Below, one piece after another: positions 12,451 to 24,956 of a stretch of DNA of 64,000 nucleotides. Made by a program: the position numbers and the translations under genes. The stretch is from assembly GCA_965644265.1 (NCBI GenBank), contig OZ286470.1:32054001-32118000 (forward strand). The letters are read 5' to 3'. This DNA is from Glycera tridactyla (Eukaryota). How positions within the stretch are numbered: the stretch's first letter is position 1; every line of letters begins with the position of its first letter. The notes below the pieces were generated by a model. That model saw only the letters and a program-made list of their open reading frames with translations, was not told the origin of the DNA and ran no database searches.

Positions 12451-15400
12451 GTTTCTTACCGGCTACTTCGTACTATATGTTTTAGGGAACGGTAACTTTC
12501 TGAGAATAAATGCCGATACCATTTTCCATTTTGGATATACAGCATGTTGCATTCACTCGATAGATCATAAGCATATGAACAATAGTAGAGATTATGGCCA
12601 ATTATATGTCTATGTATGCCCCTCCCCTGGCGAAAAGCATGGAGCTATTCTTTTAATCGTATCAAACAATTGATCTGCTTTTGTAGATGTCTTTAGCTGG
12701 CACGCTTGTGCTTATGGTAGTAGGTGTGATTTCGTTACCATATCTATATTTTTGATGAATTGATGAAGATATAACCGAAAATAGACACTTCATATACTGA
12801 ATACTTCGCTACATTCCTGCCAATAAGCTACCACCTCGCATTGATCTTAACCTATTACGATCAACAGGATGCTGTGAAGTAAAATGAAACCGATCAAGAT
12901 GCAATGGAACTTTTCTCTTGCAAAAATAGAGATCTAGCACCCGGAAGCCCAAATTCATTCACTGATGCATCCTTGCATTCATTGACGTGGGCGGTCAAGG
13001 GTGAGAAGCATCAAAATGGAAGTCGATTGATTATCTGGACTAGTATCAATCCTAAGGATTATGCTATGTGCCCCTGATCTAAGGAGCCAGATCCTCCGTT
13101 ACTCACAGGCAACCCTCTCTCACACACCCTGAAGACTAAATGACTAACACTATACTAGAATGGTTGTCAAGTGGAACCCCCCCATAAACGAAAGTGAATC
13201 TAGATATGTAGTCAATTTAAACAATTGGAGGTCAGTACTCAAGAGAGAAGCAATTATGCCAAACACTGTACCTGAAATGAGGGAATATATTAGTTTCGGA
13301 GAATGCGTAAGAAAATTGCTCAGTAATGAACTGCCAACCTCAGTCCAGGTTTACGATATTCTCTCCCTTTTCTATGTTCTCAGAGAAAATGCTATCACAC
13401 TTGCTAGAAACTTATTCTCGGCCCTCCCTGAGGCTTCCTTCACTGAACTGTAACCATACTTATTACTGAGAAAATAACCATCAGTTGCCATGGTATTCTG
13501 AGAATAGCAGCAGTGCTTGCTCTAATCGAAAGTTTCAGATGGATTACTTTTCAGTGAAAGGGACCCCTGATGAATCGCTGTTAGATGGAATTCGTCTCAG
13601 ATCACCTTATCTGATGGGCTTTATTATACCAGGGAGTCTGCGTCCCTACCTCAGGCAGGAATATGGGAGGTACAGTCATCACCAGCTTATAACATGCAGT
13701 AACAGGAGAAGCTCCCACTCACCACACCCATGTGATGTCCTATAGGGGCAGAGTCGAGTTGCAAAGTGATATCAACTATGGTGGACATTGGCCATTCAGA
13801 TCACAAGATACGCTTAGATACTATCTAATGGCTGTCCAACTAGCGGAACCCACGTGGATTGGGCGATAATGCAAGATGCAGCATAATCGACCCATATAAT
13901 TATGCATCTAGACGGAGACACTATTTTCACACTGATGCACGTCTTTCACCTTTATGCATTTGTGCCAAGAAATTAACACAATCGTGTACACTCGACGGTT
14001 GTTACTCGATATCTACAGCCAGTGATGTTCATTGGTAAACATAGGCTATTGTGAACAACATGATTTTCTTCTAAATGTGAGGCCTATTCTCTATTGCTCA
14101 CTTTGGTGCCATGACAAAAGGTAGTATCAATTACTTCTGCACAATTGTGTTACTAATCAGTGACAGAAATGAGTGCGAGCCCTTCCATGTATACAGGAAA
14201 AAGCACAACGACACCAGTACTGACACAATCATAGAAGACATAATGGGATAACATCTGGTTATGTTATCCATTCGTATTGACACCCATGGCGCACTCGCCA
14301 TGATTCTGCCAATCACATAGACCATCATCTTGATTTCAACAGGTATGGATGACAAGCAATGACATGGAAACAACAAATATGATATCGTGTTAGGTGAACA
14401 CCAAATCAGAGTGAATAAATCATATACCTAAAATTATTTAATACAGACCTCGATGATTCCATGGATTATAAATTTGAAGTGTCGATCGATCAAATATATA
14501 TCTTGATAATTGTTTTTAATCTGTTGAATAGCATTTGGCAGAATGAGCCTCCCTGAGATGCATGCATAATTTATATTGTATATTTTATGCGGTAAATTCT
14601 TTATATAATAGTACAAAGGCGCAGGAAATAGCCAAGAAAGTGTGTTATTCGCATGCACAAACATACCCCCTCTATGTATATGAGATTTATAATATTGATC
14701 AAGTATGTGATACGAACTGGTTTCTATGATGAAGAAAAAAATGATTTCAGATACAGCATACATTTATTATGGCACTATTTATATGATTTGATACTCATAA
14801 TTGCTTATGGAGACTTTCATACATCTTGACTATTAACTAAGTTTGAAGGATGATAATAAAATAAAATTGATTATATGTGCATATGATACAAGTGCCAGCA
14901 GAAAAAAATAGCTCAATATATACACATTCTAAAGCACATTCGATATCAAACATTTATCATTATGTCAAGTCTGATAAGCTATGTACCAGGCAACTCAAGA
15001 ATGGTTCATCAACTATTGTATTATCATATCAGATCTACAGTACTGATTGGCCCCTTATTACTCTCTTCTTCCTCAAAAGAAGAGGGAAAGGTCCATATTA
15101 ATGATCAAAAGCAAGCCAGCTTCTCACTGTATCATAATTGATTAAAGTTCAACAGTTTATTCAAATAAATGAATTTGGAATCCGAGTTTGAAACACAGAG
15201 TGGTGAACCATATTCATGTATCATACATTATCATAATATCAGGAGTAGAATCCTATAGTGAACCATACACTCATTTTTCAGTTTGTCTCATTTGTATATC
15301 CTCAGAGATCACCATGTTCGATTTTAGATAACTTTCCTACCTTTATCACCTTCTCCGTTGACATATTACCATTTATACCTGAAGCTAACTATCCATGGGG

Positions 15401-16650
15401 TATCCACACTGGAGGCTCGTGTTAAACTTTCACAATTTTGTATATATATATATATATATATTTATTTGTATGGCAAGTCAAGGATGCTTTTTGACAAATC
15501 TGAGGAAGAATGGTGTTGAGCTTTCATGTTGTATCAAGCTGAATATGCTATGAGAGGACAGATACAATCACTTGACGACACTGTACGTAATCAGAATGAT
15601 AATAAAAAAGATATATACTTTAAGACATAAGCAACACTTTTTTGATGCGTTTCGCTTTTGCGACTATTCACAAAATGGTTTAAACTATCACACTTTAAAA
15701 TCCGACTATTCTAGACCAATCTAAGTTTCAAAATTAGTTCTGTTCAAAATTATGGAAACGCATCTGTTGGAAATGTGAATGGGGCCTGAACAGCTGATAC
15801 CATGCCAGTCTAGGGACTATGAAACGTCAAATGTTGAGGACTAAATTGGGACATTGATGTATCTACCCATGAAGAGGGTTGGGACATGCCCAGGAGTGAA
15901 TTCTATGAGGAAACTCTAGGGTCAACTCAATAACTGAGACAGTTAGACAGATCCATGCAGTACATCAGCCTTCATGGTGAACATTTGAAGTGATACTGGA
16001 ATACAGAAAAATGACGTGTGGTGGCTGAAGTGGAATTCTTAACCAACAACTAGATAAAATGCTGACATAGAGTTGACTGAAAGGCCCCCTGACTCTTATG
16101 GCAAGCCATTTCTCAGAGGCTGAGATTGCAGGATATCCAGTTGATAACCTGTAATCTCAACTTGAGATCTTGGAATATGATAAGGATATTCCGAGAGCTC
16201 TTATCAGCCGAAGCTGGTATGCTGGAACCTCATGGCTTACTTGCAAACGGCTTGTCATAGATTGTCCACAGACGCAACTGCTGTAAAAGGCACTCGGCAA
16301 GGGTAGCCACATTGATTGCTACACATAGGACGCCATGCAGCTATATATGGCTGTAGGGAGACAGAACCAATCCAGCCCACCGTGAGGGGTTTATATGGAT
16401 ATATGTACAATGGGTACATTCACATTGGTGCTAAAAGGAATACTCCCATAATTGCTCCATCAGAACAAAAAGGCCACAACTGGAACTTTCTCATATATAT
16501 TTACACTGGGAATGACGACCACTCTTACTTTATTTCTCCTCAGATAGTTTTGTTGCTTGGTCTGTCCTAATGCATCATATCATTTCGTTGCATAAGCACC
16601 TAATATGACCCATCTGGGTCAAGTGTAAAACTGTACTTCACTTCTTATGC

Positions 16651-16684
16651 AATAAAAAATTTCTGATTCTGATTCTGATTCTGA
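16651..16684 (+). mobile_element. 3' tail of an old CR1/L2-type LINE or SINE
   Basis: AATAAA followed by (TTCTGA)4. Confidence 0.4.
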
Positions 16685-19600
16685 TGTAGTATTCATGATA
16701 TGAATAATATCAACAAATATAGATTCATCAAATTCAGAGAATTAACCTGATATGGAATAAAGATGCAATCTGTTCTTGGCTACACTGGTTCCTTTATCTA
16801 TGAAGTGATGTCAGACACTCGAATGCAAACAATCCATCGATTCAACAATAGAAGTGTATCTATATTGTGGGAAGACTTTAACATCAGAAGTCATTCCATC
16901 ATTGACAATGAGGCAAGTCTCACCGAGAATACAAATTCGATCGTGCTTTGCCGATTGACTTCAATTTTCACATATAGTATACCAGTGACATCAGGAATCA
17001 TACAATCTTATCAGGGTGTGTGGCAACACAAATATATACAGGGCCAGAGAGACAGGGGCGAGTTTCAACGAATTCACTATTTTCATCTGATGTGCATGTG
17101 ATCTTGTGCTATCGTTCTCATGCTAGAGATTATGATGAACTATGAAATCATAACAGTGTTGATTGATCAGAGTGAAACATTAATTGTTGAGTTAGTGAGT
17201 TGTTCTAGGATGTGATATATCTGTATATTCTGGCCGAATACTATCCAATACTGGTAAATAGACATAGCTATTCAGCAACCACATATTTGCTGACAAAACT
17301 GAATGATTAAGTACCAGACCATAGTTATATCATTAATTCAATACTTTTTTGGGAAACTTTCAGTAAAAAAACACAATATGCAACCTCTCTAATAGTAAGC
17401 ACTATTTTTGATCATGTCCTTTGATCTCTTCATCCAAATTTCCTAGTAATTATAGTTTTTATACAATTATTAATAAAGTTAAAATGGTGTTAAAATCTTG
17501 TTCATTCTACATCAAGACAGACCCAAACTGCAAAGCATCTTGAGGAGGTTATAGGATAGATGCAGCACAGCAATCCCATCTTGATGCTTACTGCTGCCCT
17601 GATTGCCTGCATGCCTTGGCAGCTTGATGTTGCTCTGCTTGCAGCTTTTTTATTTATACCACAGATGAGACCAATTTGAATATTCATATTCCCTACAGGC
17701 CAAATCCTGCACAAATCAGTGGCATCACTCGAGTGATTCGAACATCTGTGGTATAAAAACAAGAAGCTATGGTTGTTTGAAATGTAGAGAGTGTCCTTTT
17801 TGAAAGGATTTGAAAGAAAATATTAAAAATACCTTCCATGTGCCTCCTTTCGAAAAGGTTGTCTACAGATCTAACACTCAAGGATTCTTGCTATTTTATA
17901 CAACATATCACACCCGGCAAGCCTACAGCGGATCAGACAGATCAAATAACACCTACCTTGTTCCCTCTGCGCCCTTGTTGCTTAAGAATGACGATCAAAA
18001 TACAGTTAAACACAGATTTCACCAAATTTCCCAGCATCACAGAGTTACAAATAACCGAACCAGTGTTCTCTGTGATGTAGGATTTAGCAAAGCCCACCTA
18101 ATATGTGACATTCAAATAAACCCCATATCATAGTTGTTCCAAACCATTGACAGATAAATAGTGCCAAACTTCTAGTTTGGGTTGAATACATTCATACAGA
18201 TATGTAGCTGACAGTTCAGTGACAACAAACTCTGTCATGAACTAAGGTACAACATTAATATAATTGAAATCAAGTCAACAAGTGCCACAGGGGCTCATTC
18301 ACTCTTGATTTCATTGAATAATCAAATATTGTAGCAATGATTCTTCCAACGCATTTACTTCACTTTTTGCAATTCGGGCACATATTCGATCTCGATAGAG
18401 CCCAGATAACGAAGACTAAGCGTAAAACTGTTTGGGTAATTTTGCAATTTCCAGAATGATGATCATGAGTTCTGGATATTGACGTCGCCCTTACATGTCA
18501 TCTTTGAGCTTCATTCTGCATTGATTGAAATGTGGTTCAATTGTGAGATATCAGAATAAGTCTAATATCTTACAAGGGGGACTAAACCCATTTAATACAC
18601 TGACAAGGCCCATTACAATACTTATGAGTCACAGATTATCCTTTCAGCTGCCCATGCACACATATAATCGTTTCAAACAAAGGTTTCTTGAAGATACACA
18701 ATACCAGTGAAAGTGACTGTTTTTGAAAACAATAGTGTAATTTGAGCTTATATCGTACATATAGGTGATTGTCGATGCATTCAATCTCTGTGCAATTCTT
18801 TTTGTGTATAGATATATCACTCCAATATTGTGATAGTAGTTCTGGTATCATCGTGGCTGGCCGTACAATCACGGAGGGTACATGATTTGATTTATTGTAA
18901 AATCCTACAGTAATATCAACAGTGTTTGTTGCACACCTAAAATATAGGCTGCTACACACTGTCTGGATGTCATTTCATCAGATATATGAAATATCTAGTC
19001 GTTTCCATGCTAGTCACTCAAATGCAGTGTATACCATAGACTGTCGCATCATACAGCAAACATTGTTCCAGATTTCGTATTTCAAATGGGAGTCAACATC
19101 ATACCATCACTAGGTTCTCTGCCTTTATAATTCATGTGAGGTGTTATCTGAATGACACGCATCACAGACCCTCAACTGTTGATGGACCATAAGAAAGCAT
19201 CGAATCTGACAAGGGTGAAATAAATCCGGACCAGTGACTCTCTCCTATCAATGATCTATCCCCATATGTGACAATCAAGATATTACCATGATATGTCTCA
19301 ATAGATGCATATATACCCATGATGTGTGTAGTTGTTACTTGCTACTGAAACGTGCTGTCATTCCATGAGTATCATCTATGATAATGATAATGATAAGAGC
19401 ACACGTTCTACCTATGATTAATGATTAGAAGCTTGGACATGTAACTTAGTTGCATAGAAAAATACATAAGAACACAAAAAATATAGAAAATATTTGATTT
19501 GAAATAATTTGATGTATACAGCCTGTTTATAAGTGAGCGAGGTATTCCAGAAAATGGTGTGATATGATAATTGTCAATTTAGGACATACGAACACTTAGT

Positions 19601-19971
19601 ATTGGGATGCTACAACAGTCATACAAAATGGCAAGTGTGCCTAGGACACGCAAGTCATTCTCCTATCATATATGATTTGATTTTGATTTTAACACATTAT
19701 TTTTATTCGTCAAAAGCATTTACATACACATGGTATACAGTGCATACATCTCCAGGTTGACGAACATAAATTCACATATAATTAACTACGATAATGAAAA
19801 TGGTGATAATGAAAATGAGCGATATGATGAATGATTTGATGAAGGACCCGTTGCAAGAATAAGTTCCAATGTCGAGTATATGTACCTGCCTGCATAATAA
19901 TCTTGTTACTGGAAGCATATACCTCGGCATTTTGAGTAGAGATTTGTTACCTTTCTAATTCAATTCTAATT

Positions 19972-22900
19972 CTAATTCTCCAGCTCCAAGTGTCGCAACT
20001 CCTTTATGAATTTCTTGAATGGTTCAATATTTAACATTGCTGTTTCAGGATATTTTTCAATGTGAGAGTTCCAAGATTTGGAGCCTCTATGTCTGAAGTT
20101 TTTTTCACTGATTTTATATTTCCATCTCGAAATTTTGACCAATTCTTTACTCTTGGATCTGGTTTCATGTGCATGCTGATAATTCACCTGACTACATAAA
20201 GTACATAAAGGGACTGCGACATAGTTAGGAGATAGCATTTTCTTAACATGAATTATTTCATGGTCTCTTCTTCTTGCATCAAGCATTTGTACATCTAGGT
20301 TTTGGTGTAATTGTTTGATATTGAAACGACGAGGTTTTCTGTCTATATGCCGAAGAGCAGAATTTTGCAGTTTCTGAAGGTTATAATTGTCTCTCTGAGA
20401 GAGGCAATTATACAAAATATCCCCGTAATCAAATATCGGCAAGACCAGCGTCTTATACAACATCAGCGCTGTGTTCCTTGTTATAACAGGTCTTAGTCTT
20501 CCTAAGACTCCGATCTTGCCGATTGTTTTAGATCTAATATGCAAAACATGTGATTTGAATGAGAGAATTGGATCGAGTACTATCCCCAAGTATTTCATGG
20601 TTTCAGTCTTCTCAATATCAATCTCAGCCACATTTATCGATATATCAGTATACTTGTGTTGATGCTGAGGAAGACTAAATACCATGTATTTAGTCTTCTT
20701 CAGATTCAAGCTCAATCTGTTCATATTCATCCATCGTGTAACATATTTCATGACATCGTTTAATTGCATTTGTATTGAGATCGAACAAGTACCTTTCACA
20801 CAAATGGCAGTATCATCAGCATAAAGCTGCGAAGACGGAGAGACATTATTCAGATTGCTACTATTTATATTCACATCCATGTGTATGTTAGTTGTGACAT
20901 TCTTCAGGTAATATGGCAAATCATTAATATAGATTGTGAATAACAGAGGTCCTAAAATAGACCCCTGCGGAACGCCACAACTAACTGATTTTGCTGTTGA
21001 GATGCACTTACCCACTCTAGTCTCGCAATATCTAGATTCAAGATAACTTCCTATCCAATTGGTACAGGATTCTGACAGACCAAACATTGATAATTTCTTC
21101 AATAAGAGCGCATGGTCTACCGTGTCGAAAGCCTTCTTTAGGTCCAGAAAGACCGTTCCAACAGCCAATCCCTCCTCCATACCTACATAAATATTATCTA
21201 AAAATTCTAAAAGACATGTGCTGGTGGAACGACCTTTCCGGAAGCCAGACTGCTCCCGACACAGCAGATCCATGCTCTCTATATATCCATATATCTGTTG
21301 ATGGATTAGACGTTCAAGTAGTTTACTCGTGGTCGATAATAGGCTAATAGGTCTGTAGTTTCCTGGAATGGAATGGTCACCTTCTTTATATAATGGGATT
21401 ATTGTGGCCACTTTCCATATATTTGGAAACTTTCCTTCAAGGATGCTTCTATTAAACAAATATTTCAAGATTGGGCAAAGTGCATCTTGACAATTTATCA
21501 GAACCCTTGAGTGGAGACCGTCGTCTCTACCTGATTTCGATGGGTCTATACCATTGATAACATTTTTAATATCAGTATCAGTAATTTCTGTGAGAGTGAA
21601 GGTATCTCTGTATGAAAATGGAAAGCAATCCACCGGGTTGTAGTTACTTGTTGGAATATTAGATGACAACTTGCTTCCTATGGATGCAAAGTGCTCATTC
21701 AAAATTTCAGGAATCTCCGTTTCGTCCGTGCTTTCATTGATCTTATTAATGTTGATATGCTTTTTATCACTGTGCCAGAATTCACGGATTGTTTTCCAAA
21801 GTTTTTTCATGTCAGAGTTGGCATCGTTCAATTTATTATTTATGTAATTTTTCTGTAATGTTATTTTCATTAATTTAGTTCTATTTAAACACTCCTTTTT
21901 ACGTGCATTGTTTACTTCGGTTGGATTCAATTTGAAAATTCTGCTCGATTCCTCTCTCGCCCTAATTGCATCAAGGTATTCTCCATCAACCCAATCTGGT
22001 ACACCTTCTTTTACCTTATATGTTTTCAATGGTATATTCTCATCAACAATTGTACAGATAATGTCCAGCGCGTCCGCCGTACATGCATTGATACACTTTT
22101 TGTCCTGCATCACTCCAGACCAGTTATATTCGTTAATCCGTTTTGAAATTTCATTGTAGTCTGCTAGTTTGTAGTTTCTCAGTTGAATATAATGGTTCTT
22201 TTTAGACTGTCGTTTTTTCTTTCTAGTTGTGAATACGAATGAGTGATCAGAAATACCCAGATCCAAAATTCCGGCCATCCTATAATTTTCAATATTATTC
22301 GTATAGATGTGATCAATGTTTGTGCGACTCGAGGTCGTTACCCGGGTGTGTCCATGGATCAACTGTTTCAATTGATTAGACATACAAAAATTTTCAACGA
22401 GTTTTTTGGATTGGCCAGGTTTGGAGATGTCCAAGTTATCATCTCCTATTAATAAAATATCACTCATACCGAGTTGGGTAATATCAAGTATTTTATTATC
22501 AATGATCTCCAGGGCATTTAGTGCTGAACCTGAGGGGGGTCGATACAGGCAACAAATAAATGTCGGTCTGGTTTGAGGCAAAACCAATTTCATCCATAGG
22601 CATTCAATATCGCTGTTACAAATTGACCAATTTGACTGCCACTCAACATGTCTGTCATCCCTATAGTATGCCATTAAACCTCCACCTCCTCGTAGACCAC
22701 TACCTCCATCTCTATCAAATCGGATCATTTTGTAACCAGGTATAAAAAGTTCATGATCCAAGATCGATTTATTTAGAAAAGTTTCACCCAATAATAAAAT
22801 ATTCAGCCTGCTTTGGTGTAGAAATATTTTTATATCACTAATTTTTCTTACTATGCTCCTCACATTCAAATACCCTATACTAACTCCATTCAGCCTACAT

Positions 22901-23097
22901 AGATCCTTTGGTGTTGTAATGTTTTTGATCGTTTCGGGGGTCCAACGTGGTATGTAACGGGGTAGGGTTTCATGTTGATGTGGTAAAAAAGGTTTGAACC
23001 CGGTCGGGACATTGACAGTATCAGCATAAACATTTGGGTCCGAGTTGATGTTAGGATGAGATGATAGAGATATATTTACTAACTTGGTTAGTCTTGT
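19972..23097 (-). CDS. LINE ORF2p, apurinic endonuclease plus reverse transcriptase (open stop-to-stop frame; the ORF track starts it at TTG 22869)
   Basis: APE motifs LNVRSI, GET, YRPP, GDDN, IDH, SDH. RT motifs GFRKGRST, FLDLKKAFDTVDH, GVPQGSILGPLLF, YADDT, KYLGIVLD. No stops or frameshifts. Confidence 0.95.
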   Translation of the reverse strand, partial: TRLTKLVNISLSSHPNINSDPNVYADTVNVPTGFKPFLPHQHETLPRYIPRWTPETIKNITTPKDLCRLNGVSIGYLNVRSIVRKISDIKIFLHQSRLNILLLGETFLNKSILDHELFIPGYKMIRFDRDGGSGLRGGGGLMAYYRDDRHVEWQSNWSICNSDIECLWMKLVLPQTRPTFICCLYRPPSGSALNALEIIDNKILDITQLGMSDILLIGDDNLDISKPGQSKKLVENFCMSNQLKQLIHGHTRVTTSSRTNIDHIYTNNIENYRMAGILDLGISDHSFVFTTRKKKRQSKKNHYIQLRNYKLADYNEISKRINEYNWSGVMQDKKCINACTADALDIICTIVDENIPLKTYKVKEGVPDWVDGEYLDAIRAREESSRIFKLNPTEVNNARKKECLNRTKLMKITLQKNYINNKLNDANSDMKKLWKTIREFWHSDKKHININKINESTDETEIPEILNEHFASIGSKLSSNIPTSNYNPVDCFPFSYRDTFTLTEITDTDIKNVINGIDPSKSGRDDGLHSRVLINCQDALCPILKYLFNRSILEGKFPNIWKVATIIPLYKEGDHSIPGNYRPISLLSTTSKLLERLIHQQIYGYIESMDLLCREQSGFRKGRSTSTCLLEFLDNIYVGMEEGLAVGTVFLDLKKAFDTVDHALLLKKLSMFGLSESCTNWIGSYLESRYCETRVGKCISTAKSVSCGVPQGSILGPLLFTIYINDLPYYLKNVTTNIHMDVNINSSNLNNVSPSSQLYADDTAICVKGTCSISIQMQLNDVMKYVTRWMNMNRLSLNLKKTKYMVFSLPQHQHKYTDISINVAEIDIEKTETMKYLGIVLDPILSFKSHVLHIRSKTIGKIGVLGRLRPVITRNTALMLYKTLVLPIFDYGDILYNCLSQRDNYNLQKLQNSALRHIDRKPRRFNIKQLHQNLDVQMLDARRRDHEIIHVKKMLSPNYVAVPLCTLCSQVNYQHAHETRSKSKELVKISRWKYKISEKNFRHRGSKSWNSHIEKYPETAMLNIEPFKKFIKELRHLELEN

Positions 23098-23649
23098 TCA
23101 GAATTACACAATAAACACAAGAAAAAATTAGATTGAATCATAAAGTGAGGAGGATCCTATGAATTAATCTGTTAGTATTCAGGTGTTTGATTGGGAACAG
23201 AAGGGGGGGGGGGGGGGTTTCGCTATAGCCCACAATCTTTCTTCCCGAAAACGCTCCCGTCTCCATGGTCCGATTTCTTGAATTCAACTACACATTTGAT
23301 ACATTAAATACTGGTCGCAATATTACATAATCGAATTCATGACATAAAAAATATTTTGAGCAAGGTAATCCTACATAATATGAATAAATCTTGCACCAGG
23401 TAGCCATTTCTTAGATAATTGGTATCACCAGTTTATATACTCATTCGCACAAATTGCTTTCCAAGTTACCAAGGAATTCTATGTACGTTTCGCATTTTAG
23501 TTGGTGATTCCACTTAAATTTTTTGGTATTGCTGTTGACTTTTCTTTGATTTCCAAGTCACCAAGGAATTCATAGTAGCCAGAGCAGCATACCATATATT
23601 CTATAAGTTATACGTAACAAAATATTTGAAATGGCACCTGCTTTCTCAC

Positions 23650-23751
23650 CTTTGTACTCAACAATATGCCACGCTCTGCATACCACCAACCTCCGCAACT
23701 ACAATTACCAATGCATAGTGGTTGTCGCCTGCAACAAACTGTAAGTGACAT
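23650..23751 (-). CDS. Predicted leader exon of ORF2 (MSLTVCCRRQPLCIGNCSCGGWWYAERGILLSTK)
   Basis: The ATG overlaps the esterase stop (TAATG) and is in frame with ORF2. The leader ends at the phase-0 donor AAG|gtgaga. ORF2 has no in-frame ATG upstream of its first endonuclease motifs. Confidence 0.6.
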
Positions 23752-24689
23752 TATTTCTTTTTCTTGGCAGCTGGTTCATCGTTAGAAGCACTACAGTGTG
23801 TTTTCCAGTGCTCCAAAATAGCATTTGTCAAAGATGTTGTCATTGCTTGATAACCCAGATGATTCAGGTGGTTTACATCATAGGGATCACAGAAGCCTCT
23901 CAAGATATGCCCAAACTTCCTCTTGCGTGAACCATGTTTCGCTCTCTTTTTGAACCCCTGTACAATTCCCTCCTTTTGATACATTGTAACATACAGTAAA
24001 TGAACATGGACGAATCTAACAATGCCTGGACCAGCAACCGGAATGTAAGATCTGATATATGAATCCATGCAAATAGCAACCTGTCGTGTTGCTGGTTTCC
24101 AGTAGTTTCTCCACAAAATAGGTGGAACCATTAAGGTAGCCCCAGGAAAATGGTCAGTAAGAATTTCTACTGCGTTTCTAATTCTTGGATAGATATTTTC
24201 AAGAAATTCTATTTGTGAGCTAGTGACAAGTCGCTTCATGATGCGTGGGTCTTTGTGGTATATAGTGTTTAGAGTAAATTTCTGGAAATTGTCCACATCA
24301 TTTGATCCAAGAACCACTATGATGTAATCAGGTTGGATTTTTCTGATTTTGATTTTTTGTAGGGTGTTACCATATTTCTGAAGTCGATGTGGTGAAGTCT
24401 GTCCTTGGAATTCATTAGCAAAGGTGTACCATCTCCCACCTCCAATTCCAAAAAACTTCCATTTCGTTGCGTGGTTCTGCATAGCTTCACTCGTGAAAAG
24501 CCCTACGTTTTCTCCTATACGTCTTGCGTGGCTAGATCCAACGACTAACACACACGGTTCAGCCACTTTATCCAGTAGATGCCTGTTGCGAAACAGGGGA
24601 CAATACGAGCCCATGGAAGTCAATTCGAGTCGAGCCTTTGCTTCCTTCTCATTTTCTGCCGGATCAGTCTGTAATAGATAGACGTACAT
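23751..24689 (-). CDS. LINE-encoded stand-alone SGNH/GDSL esterase, 312 aa (possibly extended N-terminally by a spliced leader exon)
   Basis: All four SGNH blocks are present: VVGSSH (I), GIGGG (II), LGSND (III), DVNH (V). Confidence 0.85.
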   Translation of the reverse strand: MYVYLLQTDPAENEKEAKARLELTSMGSYCPLFRNRHLLDKVAEPCVLVVGSSHARRIGENVGLFTSEAMQNHATKWKFFGIGGGRWYTFANEFQGQTSPHRLQKYGNTLQKIKIRKIQPDYIIVVLGSNDVDNFQKFTLNTIYHKDPRIMKRLVTSSQIEFLENIYPRIRNAVEILTDHFPGATLMVPPILWRNYWKPATRQVAICMDSYIRSYIPVAGPGIVRFVHVHLLYVTMYQKEGIVQGFKKRAKHGSRKRKFGHILRGFCDPYDVNHLNHLGYQAMTTSLTNAILEHWKTHCSASNDEPAAKKKK

Positions 24690-24890
24690 CTTTACCTAAA
24701 CGAAGGTTTATAATTTGAATTACTGACACAATTTATTTCATGCAGTGTCTAGTATATGGCGGTTCATATGGGGTCATGTACGGGGTCGGTACAATTTTAC
24801 GGGTCATTGCAGGCGTTTGACCTATTTTGATTGCGGTATTCTATGTCAATCACATTAAATCTTCTCAAATAGTATTAAAATAACGCTTAC

Positions 24891-24956
24891 CACGAGTTCG
24901 GGATCAAATTCATCATCGAAAGTGTTTATATCCGCTATATGACTATGGAGCTCCAT
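24891..24956 (-). CDS. Predicted leader exon of the esterase ORF (MELHSHIADINTFDDEFDPELV)
   Basis: The ATG overlaps the ORF1 stop (TGATG) and is in frame with the esterase ORF. The leader ends at the phase-0 donor GTG|gtaagc. In-frame acceptors lie at 24697/24696 and 24670/24669. Confidence 0.65.
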
